A stretch of 64,000 bases of DNA from Candidatus Marinacidobacterales bacterium (GTDB taxonomy: Bacteria; Acidobacteriota; Vicinamibacteria; Marinacidobacterales; SMYC01): NCBI GenBank assembly GCA_965224085.1, contig CBDCYI010000009.1:320001-384000 (forward strand), read 5' to 3'. Position 1 is the first letter of the stretch; every line of letters begins with the position of its first letter. Made by a program: the position numbers and the translations under genes. Shown here in pieces: positions 48,582 through 59,345 of the stretch. The notes under the pieces were generated by a model. The model was not told the DNA's origin, did no database searches, and worked only from the letters and a program-made list of their open reading frames with translations.

Positions 48582-50627
48582 ATGAGTCGTTCACGTGTTG
48601 TCATCCGTCTAACCCTTGCTTGCCTGAGCGCGGCCGCGGCGGCCGCCGAACGGCCCATGACGCCAATCGATCTATTGGAAGTTCCGCGTCTCAGTGAACC
48701 TCAGCTCTCACCCGACGGGCGCGCGCTCGTCTACGTTCTCGCCGAAGCGGATTGGAAGGCGAACAAGCGCATCGCACACCTTTGGCGCGGCTCCACCGAG
48801 ACCGGCGAAGCGATCCAACTCACCCGAGGAACGTCGGGCGAATCGACGCCCCGCTGGTCGCCCGATGGTGCAGATATCGCGTTTGTCACGGAGCGTGCGG
48901 ACGACGCGTCGGAGCAGATTTACCTTCTTCCCGCGAGTGGCGGAGAAGCGCGACGGCTGTCCCATCACCCAACCTCAGTATCGAATATCGCTTGGTCGCC
49001 GGATAGCGAGACGATTTACTTTCTCGCCGAGGACGCGAAGACGGACGAGGAGAAACGTCGCGACGAGCTTCGGGACGACGTCTTCGCGTTCGACGAAGAC
49101 TGGAAGCCGCGCCACCTGTGGTCGATAAAGGTGAAAGATGGCAGCGAGCGCCGTATAACCACGGGCGATTTCCACGTTCGCAGCTATCGGCTGTCGCGTG
49201 ACGGAACGCGGCTCGCCCTTCACCGTGCGCCGACGCCGCTTCTCGATGACTCTCTCACTGCCGAAGTATGGGTTCTCGCAAGCGACGGAACGGGCGCCAC
49301 GCGCGTGACGGACAACCAGGTGCCGGAACGCGGCGCCGAGCTCTCGCCGGACAACACGCGAGTGCTTTTCATCTCCGATTCGAACGCACGTTTCGAGTTC
49401 TACTACAACCGCAATCTCTTTATCGCCCCGGCTTCCGGGGGCCCTGCCAAGCTGCTCCTCCAAGACATGCCCCACGAGGTCCAGAGCGCGAGTTGGTCTA
49501 CGGACGGGCAGTCCATCTATTTTACGGCGAATACAGGTGTTCGCGCCGAGCTCTTTCGCGTGGACGTGGCGAGCGAGGAGCTCCATCAACTCACACAAGG
49601 CGATCACACGTTGACGAGCTGGACCTATTTCCCGAAGCAGAAGCGACACGTTTATCGCATTGACGAGCCCACCAATGCGGGCGATGTGTGGGTTGCGGGC
49701 GAGGGTGCGGAAATCCCGAAACGGGTGACCCATGCCTACGACTATCTCGCCGAGTTCGAGCTTCCTCGCCAGGAAGCCATCCGCTGGAAAGGCAACGACG
49801 GTGTCGAGGTCGAGGGACTTCTTTACTACCCGCTCGGCTACGAGGAAGGCCGCCGCTATCCCCTCATCGTTCAGACCCACGGCGGTCCTCGCTCGTCGGA
49901 CAAGTTCTCGTTCGGCTCTTGGAGTCGATACGTTCAAGTGCAAACAGCGCTGGGCTACGCGGTGTTCAAGCCGAACTATCGCGGCAGCACGGGATATGGC
50001 GACGCGTTCCTACGCGACATGGTGGGCCATTATTTTCATAACGCGCATCTCGACGTCATGACAGGCGTCGACCACCTCATCGAGCGTGGGATCGCCGATT
50101 CCGACCACATGGTCAAAATGGGCTGGAGCGGCGGTGGTCACATGACCAACAAGATCATCACCCACACCACGCGTTTCAAAGCAGCGTCTTCAGGGGCCGG
50201 CGCCGTGAACTGGACCTCGATGTACGCCCAGAGCGACACCCGGGTGCAACGCACGCCGTGGTTCGGAGGCACACCTTGGCAAGAAGACGCCCCCGTCGAT
50301 CTCTACTGGGGACACTCCCCTCTCAAAGACATCTATAAGGCGACGACCCCGACACTCGTGCTCGTCGGAGCCAACGACGAGCGGGTCCCCCCGCCGCAAT
50401 CGGTGGAGCTCTACCGGGCGCTCAAATCGAACGGCGTTCCGACACATCTTTATATGGCGCCTCGCGAGCCTCACGGTTGGCAGGAGCTGCGGCACGAGCT
50501 GTTCAAGATCAATGTCGAGCTCGACTGGTTCGAAAAGCATGCACGCGGGCGATCTTACGAATGGGCCGTCGCTCCGGTGGACGGGGACGACAACGAACGA
50601 GACCGGCCGACCGAAAACGAGCCCTGA
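48582..50627 (+). CDS. S9 family peptidase
   Basis: HGGP, PNYRGSTGYG, GWSGGG, DERVP, EPHG; GGAGG upstream of ATG 48582. Confidence 0.93.
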   Translation: MSRSRVVIRLTLACLSAAAAAAERPMTPIDLLEVPRLSEPQLSPDGRALVYVLAEADWKANKRIAHLWRGSTETGEAIQLTRGTSGESTPRWSPDGADIAFVTERADDASEQIYLLPASGGEARRLSHHPTSVSNIAWSPDSETIYFLAEDAKTDEEKRRDELRDDVFAFDEDWKPRHLWSIKVKDGSERRITTGDFHVRSYRLSRDGTRLALHRAPTPLLDDSLTAEVWVLASDGTGATRVTDNQVPERGAELSPDNTRVLFISDSNARFEFYYNRNLFIAPASGGPAKLLLQDMPHEVQSASWSTDGQSIYFTANTGVRAELFRVDVASEELHQLTQGDHTLTSWTYFPKQKRHVYRIDEPTNAGDVWVAGEGAEIPKRVTHAYDYLAEFELPRQEAIRWKGNDGVEVEGLLYYPLGYEEGRRYPLIVQTHGGPRSSDKFSFGSWSRYVQVQTALGYAVFKPNYRGSTGYGDAFLRDMVGHYFHNAHLDVMTGVDHLIERGIADSDHMVKMGWSGGGHMTNKIITHTTRFKAASSGAGAVNWTSMYAQSDTRVQRTPWFGGTPWQEDAPVDLYWGHSPLKDIYKATTPTLVLVGANDERVPPPQSVELYRALKSNGVPTHLYMAPREPHGWQELRHELFKINVELDWFEKHARGRSYEWAVAPVDGDDNERDRPTENEP

Positions 50628-50633
50628 CCTACG

Positions 50634-51488
50634 ATGGGATACACGCGCAGGCAGTGGCTCGCGGCGTTCGCCGCGATAGGAGCACCTCTTGCGTGCCGTG
50701 AACCCGCGCGCGTCGATAACCGGTCCGCGGAGCTGACGCTTAGAGGTTTCGAGCCGCACAGCATGCTCCGGGTCCCGCGGACCAAAGTTGCCGCTGCGCG
50801 TTTTCCCGCCATCGACGTTCACACGCACTTGACGTGGTCCGCCGTCCCCCTCGGCCCCGAACCCTTTGGCGAGCGCGTCGACTTTCTCGACTCTCCGGAA
50901 AACCTTCTCGCGGTGATGGATCGCAAGAACGTCGCGACGATGGTCAACCTCACGGGAGGCGTCGGCGACGGTCTCGCATCCGTCCTCGAGCGCTACGACA
51001 ACGCGCACCCGGGACGGTTCATTTCTTTCACAGAGCCCTCGTGGAACGCGATCGAGCGCGAGGATTTCCCGACGTTTCAGGCCGAGCAAATCGAAAAAGC
51101 GTACGCGCTCGGAGCCAAAGGGCTCAAGCTCACCAAAACCCTCGGGCTCTACTTGCGGGAGAACGTCACCGCCGGCGCTCTCTTACCCATTGGCGACGCG
51201 CGTTTCGATCCCATGTGGGAGACCGCCGGCGGGCTCGGCATGCCGGTGGCCATCCACGTCTCCGATCCCGACGCCTTTTTTACCCCCACCGATCGCGTGA
51301 ACGAGCGCTATGAAGAGCTTTCCAATCACCCCGATTGGGCGTTTTATGGGAAGGACTTCCCTTCCAAAGAGGCGCTTCTCGAAGCGCGTAATCGTGTCTT
51401 CGAAAAACACCCGTCGACCCCATTCATATCCCTGCACGTCGGGAACCACGCCGAAGACCTCGACGACTCTTCTTCAACAAGATCGTGA
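50634..51488 (+). pseudogene. Tat-exported amidohydrolase (Amidohydro_2), 3'-truncated
   Basis: TRRQWL, IDVHTH, GLKLTK, PVAIHVSDP; stops after LHVGNHAEDL, before the conserved C-terminal GTD region. Confidence 0.75.
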
Positions 51489-51664
51489 TGGTACGGAACA
51501 AGTTACGCGTCCTCGAGCAGAACGTCAACAGCTCGGAGCTTCCCGCGGATGTCAAAATCAAGCTCCAAGGCTATATCACCGGATGCTACGGCTCGCTCAC
51601 GAGCTTCAACGTGCTCTTCGCCGACAGTGCCGACCAGTTCAAGGGGGCCGGTAAAGCGGACTAA
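51466..51664 (+). pseudogene. C-terminal remnant of a conserved hypothetical protein
   Basis: FFNKIVMVRNKLRVLEQ...YITGCYGSLTSFNVLF, ends TAA 51664. Confidence 0.55.
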
Positions 51665-51706
51665 ACGCGCAACGCGGCTGCGGGGCCGAGCGTCGCCCTA
51701 ACAGGG

Positions 51707-52744
51707 TCAAAGAACGAGCCGACTGAAACCGTGGGCGAGCACGACCGGGTACATCGCCAAGTTGCGCAGCAGCGCATAGGATTTCGAGTAGCTCGGTGGC
51801 GGCCCTCCGGTTGCGAGCGCTTTCGCGAGCGCACGCAAGTGCGTCGGTCCGAAGGGCCCGTCTTGGATGCGGTCGATGAGCTCCGATGGTCGCGATGCGT
51901 CGCCGTGGAGCGCGCCGACCCAACCACCGAGGATGGCGGCATGGGTATCGGTATCTCCACCCGCCGAGATGAGCTCGGTGAGGGCCCCGACGGGCTCGGA
52001 GCCGAACCGCACGAACGCGTAGGTGGCCATCGGAACCGAGTGGATAACGAATCCGGAGGTACCCAGCGCCTCGCCGGCCTCCCGCGCGCTCGCCCCGTCG
52101 CGCGCCTTCGCGTTCGCGGACGTGATGGCTTCGTTAAGGCTCTGCTCGCGCACGACGTCCAAGGCGCGTTCGACGAGTGCGCCACGATCCTCCCCTGATG
52201 GCGCGCCCACGGAGAGCGCCGTCAACTCTGCGACGAAAAGCGCGCCGTCGACCGCCCGAGCGTCGCGATGAGTGACTTCCGCCAGCGCTCGGCCATAGGC
52301 TTGTCGGACCGCCGCATCGTCGGTAAAAACCGCGCCCACGACCCCCGCGCGCATCGCCGCGCCGTTTCCCGCGGACATCACTCCCGAGCGCCGAAGTCCG
52401 AGCGCGATCTTGAAGCAGGCCCGAATCGTGCCGAGTCCGATCCCCCAAGGGAGTCGTAAAAACCAGCCGAGCATCGCGCGGCGAAACGCCCGGCGGCAGG
52501 ACTCCAAGTCCTCGCTTCGGGCGAGACTCTGCGCGACGAGCGCCGATTGTTCCGTGTCGTCGGAGACGAAGCCGGTGCGTCCAAGAATATGGAAATCGTC
52601 GATGCGGCCGAAGCGGCGGGCGATGGCGTCAGCGCCCATGCCTTCGCAGGCGAGCCCCAAAGCGTCCCCGAGCGCTGTTCCCAGGAGCGCCCCGGCGATC
52701 GCGGATTCGTGGTCTTTGTGCATGATACGAGCGAGTTGCTTCAT
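51707..52744 (-). CDS. ADP-ribosylglycohydrolase family protein
   Basis: GALLGTALGDALG, SDDTEQ, GNGAAMR, VTH, GGDTDT. Confidence 0.92.
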   Translation of the reverse strand: MKQLARIMHKDHESAIAGALLGTALGDALGLACEGMGADAIARRFGRIDDFHILGRTGFVSDDTEQSALVAQSLARSEDLESCRRAFRRAMLGWFLRLPWGIGLGTIRACFKIALGLRRSGVMSAGNGAAMRAGVVGAVFTDDAAVRQAYGRALAEVTHRDARAVDGALFVAELTALSVGAPSGEDRGALVERALDVVREQSLNEAITSANAKARDGASAREAGEALGTSGFVIHSVPMATYAFVRFGSEPVGALTELISAGGDTDTHAAILGGWVGALHGDASRPSELIDRIQDGPFGPTHLRALAKALATGGPPPSYSKSYALLRNLAMYPVVLAHGFSRLVL

Positions 52745-52770
52745 TTTACCAGGGGTAATACGATTCGTGC

Positions 52771-53634
52771 GTGGGGAAGCGCGAGCGCCGACATCGACGG
52801 GTGGCGGCCCTTACTATGGGGTTGGTCATCTTCGTGGTCTCGCTCGGGCTCGCACAGCAATTTCAGCAAAACCGCGGCTGGCGCGGGTGGTGGAATCGCG
52901 TCCCGCCCAAGTTCCCGACAGCAGAAGATCTGCGCGAGCGCTCCTTTTCCTTTTGTCGCGTCCTCTACGAGAGCGTGCGCGACGAGCCTCTCGGCCATGG
53001 CTGGAACACCGACTATCCCGACTCCGACATCAATTTCATGGTCCGTTTCTCCGAGCTGACATCGGCGCGCATCAACCGAGGCCCCGAGGGGCTGCCCAAC
53101 CACGTCGTGGTGACGCTCGACGACGACGCGATGTTCAACTACCCGTTCATCTTCATGTCCGATGTCGGCACCGCGGGGTTCACGCCGTCTCAAGCCGAGC
53201 GCTTACGGCAATATCTCCTACGCGGCGGCATGCTCTACGTGGACGACTTCTGGGGAGTCCGCGCCTTCGAACATTGGAAGCGAGAGATGGCCCAGGTGTT
53301 GCCTTCCGACAGGTACCCGATCGTCGATGTGCCGCTGGACCACCCGATCTTCCGGTCGTTCTTCACCATCAAGAAAATACCCCAAATCCCGTCCATTCAA
53401 TTTTGGAGGCGGTCGGGCGGAACGAGCACGTCCGAGCGCGGCTTCGAGAGCGACGAGCCTCACTTTCGCGGCATCTTCGATGAAAAAGGCCGCTTGATGG
53501 TCATCATGACTCACAATACCGACATCGCCGACGGTTGGGAGCGCGAAGCGGAAGACGACGAGTTCTTCTACCGTTTTTCCGTCCGCGCCTATCCACTCGG
53601 CGTGAACATCGCAATCTATGCGATGACGCACTAA
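52771..53634 (+). CDS. DUF4159 domain protein
   Basis: GWNTDYPDSD, YPFIFMSDVG, YLLRGGMLYVDDFWG, HNTDIADGWE, GVNIAIYAMTH; start uncertain. Confidence 0.85.
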   Translation: MGKRERRHRRVAALTMGLVIFVVSLGLAQQFQQNRGWRGWWNRVPPKFPTAEDLRERSFSFCRVLYESVRDEPLGHGWNTDYPDSDINFMVRFSELTSARINRGPEGLPNHVVVTLDDDAMFNYPFIFMSDVGTAGFTPSQAERLRQYLLRGGMLYVDDFWGVRAFEHWKREMAQVLPSDRYPIVDVPLDHPIFRSFFTIKKIPQIPSIQFWRRSGGTSTSERGFESDEPHFRGIFDEKGRLMVIMTHNTDIADGWEREAEDDEFFYRFSVRAYPLGVNIAIYAMTH

Positions 53635-53658
53635 GCGTCCCTACTCCGGTCGAAGATC

Positions 53659-54540
53659 ATGCGGCGCAGCGTCCCCTAATCTCACTATTAGCGCTCCTGT
53701 CCTGCGCCGAGGGGAAGCCGGGGAGTCCCGTCTGCGCGCCGTCGCGTGACACGATTTTGACCGGATACCATACCGGCCACGCCTATATATGCGACAACGA
53801 CGAGATGGACGAGCGCGGGGACGTCTGGAACGACCCCGACCTCGAAGGCCAACGCCCGCTCCTCGCTGACACCGTCACCATGGGACATCTTCTCCAAGAT
53901 GCTGGCTACGCGACCGCCGACCGCCGCAATCGGCAAGTGGGGCCTTGGCTGGGTCGGCTCGAGCGGCGACCCGAACGAGCAGGGCTTCCATCTTTTCTAC
54001 GGCTATATTTGCCAACGGATCGCCCACAACTACTACCCGACTCATCTCTGGCGCAACGGTGAGAAAGATTGGCTCGACAACGAGGACTTCTCCGCTCGTC
54101 AGAAGCTTCCGGACGGCGCGGACCCAAAAAGCCCGTCCTCCTATGAAGGTTATTCAGGCCGCGATTACGCCATGGATTTCCTCACCGACGAGGCTCTCGC
54201 GTTCATTCGCAAAAACCGCAGCCGACCGTTCTTCCTTTAGGTTCCCTACGTCGTCCCGCACCTGATTGCACGCTGGCCGGGCCACATCGAAGCGGATGCG
54301 GTAAGCGATCGGATTTCGGCATCCTGGGATCTGCTGCAAGGCGTTTAAGCCATTCGGCGTGGCCGTTTCAAAGGCATTCGTCACGGTGTCGACAAGCCGA
54401 CGGAGCTCTACGATTTGCAAGACGACTCGGCTGAAAGCATCGACGTCGCCTCCGAACATCCCGACATCGTGCGCGAGATGCTGGAGCTCTTCTCGAGCGC
54501 GCGTCGAATCCGAGCTGTTTCCACTAAGACTAAGAAAAAG
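53659..54540 (+). pseudogene. arylsulfatase, multiply deleted and frameshifted
   Basis: CAPSR formylglycine motif, GKWGLG, AHNYYP, RPFFL, VPxIARWPG, ELYDL in several frames. Confidence 0.85.
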
Positions 54541-54543
54541 GCC

Positions 54544-55143
54544 CTAGCGCCGCCTCGGCGGACCGACGAGAATCGAGATCGGATGATCTGTTCCGGGCCA
54601 ATGCGGTCCACGCGTGATATCGACACCTCCTTCGCGGAACACGTTGAAGACCGACGACGCGAACGTGTCCGGGACATCAGACGAGACCCCGAAAATCACG
54701 CCAGACGGTGTGTCTTCGTACCCTGGCAGGAGGAGCGGTGCGTAGGTCATACCAAAGGACGGCGGCACGTCCCAGCCGGCATCCTTCAGGATCGACGCAA
54801 TCTTACGCGCATATTCCGTCGTGTCGAGATCAGACGAGTTCGCGAGCACGAAAGCCGTCGGGCCGACGAAATTGCTCAACGCCTCGACCATCGCGGCTCG
54901 CGTTTCATCGCTGAAGCCGCGCTGCGTGGGAGTCGCTTCGAGAACAGCGATCCGCTCGCGCGCTTTTTGGATCTCGCCTAGAAGCTCTTCGCGGCGCGCG
55001 GCCCCGCTCGACCAAATTCCGAGCGCGGCGATCGCGATGACTACGGCGACGCCAGCAGCTGGCAGATCTTTGTGGCGCAGAAAAACCCATGCCGCGAGGC
55101 CGAGGGCGAGCCCAGCCGTCACGAGCAAAAGTGTTATGTTCAT
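54544..55143 (-). CDS. hypothetical membrane protein
   Basis: Two N-terminal TM helices, short coiled coil, globular tail. Confidence 0.65.
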   Translation of the reverse strand: MNITLLLVTAGLALGLAAWVFLRHKDLPAAGVAVVIAIAALGIWSSGAARREELLGEIQKARERIAVLEATPTQRGFSDETRAAMVEALSNFVGPTAFVLANSSDLDTTEYARKIASILKDAGWDVPPSFGMTYAPLLLPGYEDTPSGVIFGVSSDVPDTFASSVFNVFREGGVDITRGPHWPGTDHPISILVGPPRRR

Positions 55144-55203
55144 GAACGTCTACAGAATACCTGCATCGCTGTCATTCCACCACTTCTGCTAGCCTTTCTA
55201 CGT

Positions 55204-55700
55204 GTGCACGCGATAGCGAAGCTCTGCAAAGAAGCGTTTTCCGGAATTCCCCGCGATCTGTGGCTCCTCGCCCTCGGGGCGCTCATCAACCGCAGCGGCA
55301 CGATGGTCCTGCCTTTCCTCACGCTGTACCTGACGGCCGAGAGAGGCGTGAGCGCGGCAGAGGCTGGACAGCTCGTTGCGGTTTATGGCGTGGGCGCGAT
55401 GTTTGGCGCCTATCTCGGTGGCTGGCTCAGCGACCATATCGGCTCCATCCGAGCGCAGCAGCTGAGCCTCGTAACGGGTGGCGTGGGTTTTCTCATCCTT
55501 TCTGCCGTTCGTGAAAGATGGGCGATCGCGATAACGCTCTTTTTCGTCAGCATCGTCGTCGAGGCTTCCGCCCCGCGGTCATGGCGTCGTTTGCGGAGAA
55601 CTCGTCCGAAGAGAGCCGCGCGAAGGCGTTTGCCTTTCTTCGGCTCGCTGTCAATCTCGGCGTCGGTTTATCGATGAGTGTCGCACCGCTCCGACACAGT
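55204..55700 (+). pseudogene. MFS transporter N-terminal remnant
   Basis: INRSGTMVLPFLTLYL, GGWLSDHIG; frameshift near 55570 and truncation. Confidence 0.8.
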
Positions 55701-55785
55701 TTGGACAAGCGACGACGGCCGGCGGCAGCCGCCGGTGAGTAGCTATTCTATTGCTGAGAATCGGACGGAAACGGCGGGCGAGAAG

Positions 55786-56154
55786 TCAGAACCCTCTTTT
55801 CCTGCCCCGAATATTCCGGCGGCTGCCTTTCGGCTTACCACCACCCCCACGCGGTCCGCGAGCTGACGGCGGCCCGCCGCCATCGGAAAATCCGGACGGA
55901 CGACGCTGTCTTTCCTCGGCCGCGCTGACACGAAGATTCCTTCCGGAAAGCTCGTAGCCATCGTAACGCTCGATCGCTTGTTCCGCAGAGTCTTGTGCCG
56001 TGAACTCGACGAACGCGAAGCCTCGGGGTCGACCCGTGATTCGGTCGGTGGGAACGAAGATCTCGACGATCTCACCGATCTCGGAGAAAATCGTTTCGAG
56101 CTCGGCCCTCGTCGTGTCATAACTCATATTTCCGACGAACACTTTGCTAGTAAT
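55786..56154 (-). CDS. RRM RNA-binding protein with Gly/Arg tail, probable ATT start
   Basis: RNP2 VFVGNM, RNP1 RGFAFVEF; AGGAGG 6 nt upstream of the in-frame ATT. Confidence 0.9.
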   Translation of the reverse strand: MTSKVFVGNMSYDTTRAELETIFSEIGEIVEIFVPTDRITGRPRGFAFVEFTAQDSAEQAIERYDGYELSGRNLRVSAAEERQRRPSGFSDGGGPPSARGPRGGGGKPKGSRRNIRGRKRGF

Positions 56155-56502
56155 GATGGACCTCCTAATTCACTTATTGTACACACTTTCTAGAATCGAC
56201 GTCGGAGCCCCGTCCGGAAGCCGCAGCTCGGTGACGCCTGTCGCCTCGGCCGCCGACACGTTCGCGAGGCGGATAGTACGTGGGAGAGCGCGACACAGCG
56301 AGAAGGGTTTAGACGCCTCGCGCGAGAGCGCGCGCGAACAGTTTGGGGAGCTCACGGGCGGCCGGCCTGCGGGCAACGACCTTTTCGATCGAGGCCGGCA
56401 CGGCCGGATTGAGCCCACGGAGAGGCTCGGGCTTTTCGGTCCTATGCTGCATCGCTAGCTTCACCAGCCGTCAACTGGTGAGCAGGAACAGCCGGTGGCT
56501 TG

Positions 56503-57627
56503 TCAAGACACGGCGGCGCGTGTGGACCTCTTCTCGAGCACTTCGGAAAGGATCGCCACGGCTTCGTCGAAGCCCTCGTCGCACGTGCCAAAGCCAAGGC
56601 GAAAATGCGCCGGAAAGCCGAAGCAATCCCCCGGCGCGAGCACGACGCCGCGCGCGCAGGCAGCCTCGCAGAAAGATCGCGCATTCTTTTCAGCACACAA
56701 GCGCGGAAAGATAGTCATCCCGCCATTAGGCCGAACCCATTCGACCAAGTCGGCGTGCTTCATGAAAAGTTCGTCGAGCATGGCGAGATTGGCCTCGGCC
56801 ACCTGGCGGGTGCGATCGAAGATCGTCTCCCGGTTGCGGGTGGCGACTTCGGCGAGAATCTCGCCCGGCAGGTTGTTCGAGATGCTGAAATGCGCGCGCG
56901 TGTTCCAATAGGCTTCGCGTCTTTTCTCGTCGCGCTCCAGGATCCAGCCGATCCGGATGCCGGGGAGGCTGAAAGCTTTCGAGAAATCACCAAAAACAGC
57001 GGCATCGAGATACTCCCCTGCGGAAGGCGGCGCCGTCCCGCGATAAATAGGGTGGTAGACCTCGTCGACGACGAGCTGCACCCCGCGTTCTGTTGCGAAA
57101 GAGCTCAGCGTTTTCAAGCTGTCTGGGCTCATGGTCGCGCCCGTGGGGTTGTGGGGGGAGTTGACGAGAATGAACTCCGTATTCTCGTCGACGAGCTCTT
57201 TTATGGCGTCGACATCGACCTCGAACCCGTCCTCGAATCGCAGCTCGAACGGACGGATCTCGAGCCCGAGCCCTTCCGGAACGTCTAGAAAAGGCGGAAA
57301 AGCCGGGCTGGGCACGACGACGTTCTTCCCGTCCTCCGCGGCCAGATAGAACATCGAGAGAAGCGCTTCGGAAGCGCCGGCGACGACGAGCACGTCGTCC
57401 GGGCCCGCTCCGTACATCGCTGCGATTTCGCGGCGCAGCGACGCGTGACCGGTACCGGGGCAATAGGTAAGAGGGGTCTTCAAGAACCGCGCTTTCTCAT
57501 GCTCGTTCATGAGCCCGAGCAAACCCTCGACCGTCCATGACGGCCCGGTGCTCGCGGCAAGGTTGTAGCGCGCGGCATGCTCGTGCTCTTCGAGCCATAG
57601 GTCCAACAGAAAGGTCTTTAATTGCAT
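56503..57627 (-). CDS. class I/II PLP-dependent aminotransferase
   Basis: NSPHNPTG, VVDEVY, DFSKAFSLPGIRIGW. Confidence 0.92.
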   Translation of the reverse strand: MQLKTFLLDLWLEEHEHAARYNLAASTGPSWTVEGLLGLMNEHEKARFLKTPLTYCPGTGHASLRREIAAMYGAGPDDVLVVAGASEALLSMFYLAAEDGKNVVVPSPAFPPFLDVPEGLGLEIRPFELRFEDGFEVDVDAIKELVDENTEFILVNSPHNPTGATMSPDSLKTLSSFATERGVQLVVDEVYHPIYRGTAPPSAGEYLDAAVFGDFSKAFSLPGIRIGWILERDEKRREAYWNTRAHFSISNNLPGEILAEVATRNRETIFDRTRQVAEANLAMLDELFMKHADLVEWVRPNGGMTIFPRLCAEKNARSFCEAACARGVVLAPGDCFGFPAHFRLGFGTCDEGFDEAVAILSEVLEKRSTRAAVS

Positions 57628-57688
57628 CGATATAGCTCCTGGTTCGAGCGTCTGGAGCTATCATATCCCCGACTCTCGGAGACCAAGA

Positions 57689-58120
57689 ATGTCCTACAAC
57701 ATTATTAATAAGCTTCAGGAAGGCCACATCGCACGGCTCCACGAGCTTTACCAGCTGGAATGGTGGACGCGCGGCCGCAACCTCGAGGACGTGCGCGCGA
57801 TGGTCTCGAGCTCGGAATATCTCTACGGGATCTCCGCGTTTGGGCATGACAAGCCGGGGGAACTCGTCGGTTTCGTGCGCGTTCTCTCCGATAGAGTCTT
57901 CAAAGCGCTCATCTTCGACGTTGTTGTCGATCCCGCCCATCGCGGACGGGCACTCGGGCGGCAACTGATGGAGCGCATCCTGAGCGACCCTCGTCTCGCG
58001 CACGTGAAACATTTCGAGCTCTATTGTCTGCCGGAGCTCGAGCCGTTCTACGAGCGCCTCGGTTTCTCCGCCGACGTCGGCGGCGTGCGCCTGATGCGCC
58101 TGACGCATTACTCGTTATAA
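57689..58120 (+). CDS. GNAT N-acetyltransferase
   Basis: LVGFVRV, DVVVDPAHRGRALG, FYERLGF. Confidence 0.9.
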   Translation: MSYNIINKLQEGHIARLHELYQLEWWTRGRNLEDVRAMVSSSEYLYGISAFGHDKPGELVGFVRVLSDRVFKALIFDVVVDPAHRGRALGRQLMERILSDPRLAHVKHFELYCLPELEPFYERLGFSADVGGVRLMRLTHYSL

Positions 58121-58129
58121 GCTGCGATC

Positions 58130-58374
58130 TCTCGAAGGCGAGCCTCGATGTCCTCGCTCGAGATCCACCGGCCCCGCACCATCACGCCGACCCGGCCATG
58201 CCGCTCGAGCTCACGAAGCTCGAAGCGGAGTTCCACGCGAAGGTACTGGGGCAAGAGGATGCGATCAAAACCATCGTCAAGACCATCGGAATGATCAAAG
58301 CCGGGCTCTCGGATGTCCGAAGGCCGTTCGGTGTTTTTCTTTTCGTCGGCCCCACGGGCGTCGGCTTTTCTTGA
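58130..58374 (+). pseudogene. ClpA/B-type AAA+ ATPase fragment
   Basis: VLGQEDAI...KAGLSDVRRPFGVFLFVGPTGVG truncated inside Walker A. Confidence 0.75.
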
Positions 58375-58398
58375 TATTGATCTTTTCGAGCAGACCGC

Positions 58399-59190
58399 TC
58401 AAGGAACGACGGCGACGATCCGCACCGGGCCGCCCGAGCCCTTCCCGATCTTCACCGGCAGCGCAATGACCCAAAACCCCGTCTCGGGAAGCTCGTCTAC
58501 GCGCGCAACGTTCTCGAGGTTCGGCACACCACCGCTGGCCGCGATTTGATGCGCAATGAAGTCTTTCGACTGGCCGTAATCGATGCTCGCGGTGTCGACA
58601 CCAAGCGCTCCGACGCGACGCTGCTCCACCAAAAAACGCGTCGCTTCTTCGCCGTATCCGGGAAAGTGTAGATTCGACGCATCCCCCGGCGCGTCATCTC
58701 CCAAATAAGGTAATGCCTCGGGCCAACGACTCCCCCACCCCGTGCGCAGCAGGACGATAGCGCCTTCGGGCACCGGACCATGCGCCGCTTCCCAAGCCGT
58801 TACCGTGTCGAGGCTGAGACGCGCATCCGGATCCTGAGAGGCCTGCTCCGACATATCGATCACGACACCGGGTGCTATGAGCTGCCGCACGGGAATCTCA
58901 CCCGCCGTGCGCCCACCTTCGGCGAAGTGAATGGGCGCATCGAGATGGGTGCCGCCGTGCTCGGGCGTACAGAATGAATAGGCGGCATAGAAGTAGCCGG
59001 CTTCATTCAGCCCATAGTCGAGCTCGTCCAGAATGAAATCCGTGGGCGACGTGGGCCAATAGAGCGTCTCGTCATCATAGGTATAGGAGAGATCAATGAG
59101 CGTCGCCGTGGCCAGATCGAGACCTGGTGGTGGCTCGGGGGCCGCGGCACAGCCGGCCGCGCAAAGGAACAAAACCGAAAGCTTCTTCAT
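58399..59190 (-). CDS. cyclase / kynurenine formamidase-like lipoprotein
   Basis: Lipobox AAGC; EHGGTHLDAPIHF, LRTGW, GVDTASID, GSGGPVR. Confidence 0.9.
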   Translation of the reverse strand: MKKLSVLFLCAAGCAAAPEPPPGLDLATATLIDLSYTYDDETLYWPTSPTDFILDELDYGLNEAGYFYAAYSFCTPEHGGTHLDAPIHFAEGGRTAGEIPVRQLIAPGVVIDMSEQASQDPDARLSLDTVTAWEAAHGPVPEGAIVLLRTGWGSRWPEALPYLGDDAPGDASNLHFPGYGEEATRFLVEQRRVGALGVDTASIDYGQSKDFIAHQIAASGGVPNLENVARVDELPETGFWVIALPVKIGKGSGGPVRIVAVVP

Positions 59191-59345
59191 GTCGGACTGA
59201 GCGTTCAAGTACTTCAGGAGCTCTATGTCGACGTCACCCGAAAGATCCCTACGCCCTTGCCCATCGCTACCGCGCGTGAGATCGTGCGAAACTTCATCGC
59301 CGGAATCCCCGTCGAGAACCCGTTCACTTAGGAGGAGCGAAAAGA

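Noticed and set aside
52410-53483. 357-aa plus-strand ORF
   Set aside because: Arg/Ala/Ser-rich off-frame overlap of two real genes
56170-56500. Possible kinase-tail remnant (PEPLRGLNPAVPASIEKVVAR) on the minus strand
   Set aside because: Too short and degraded to support a feature call
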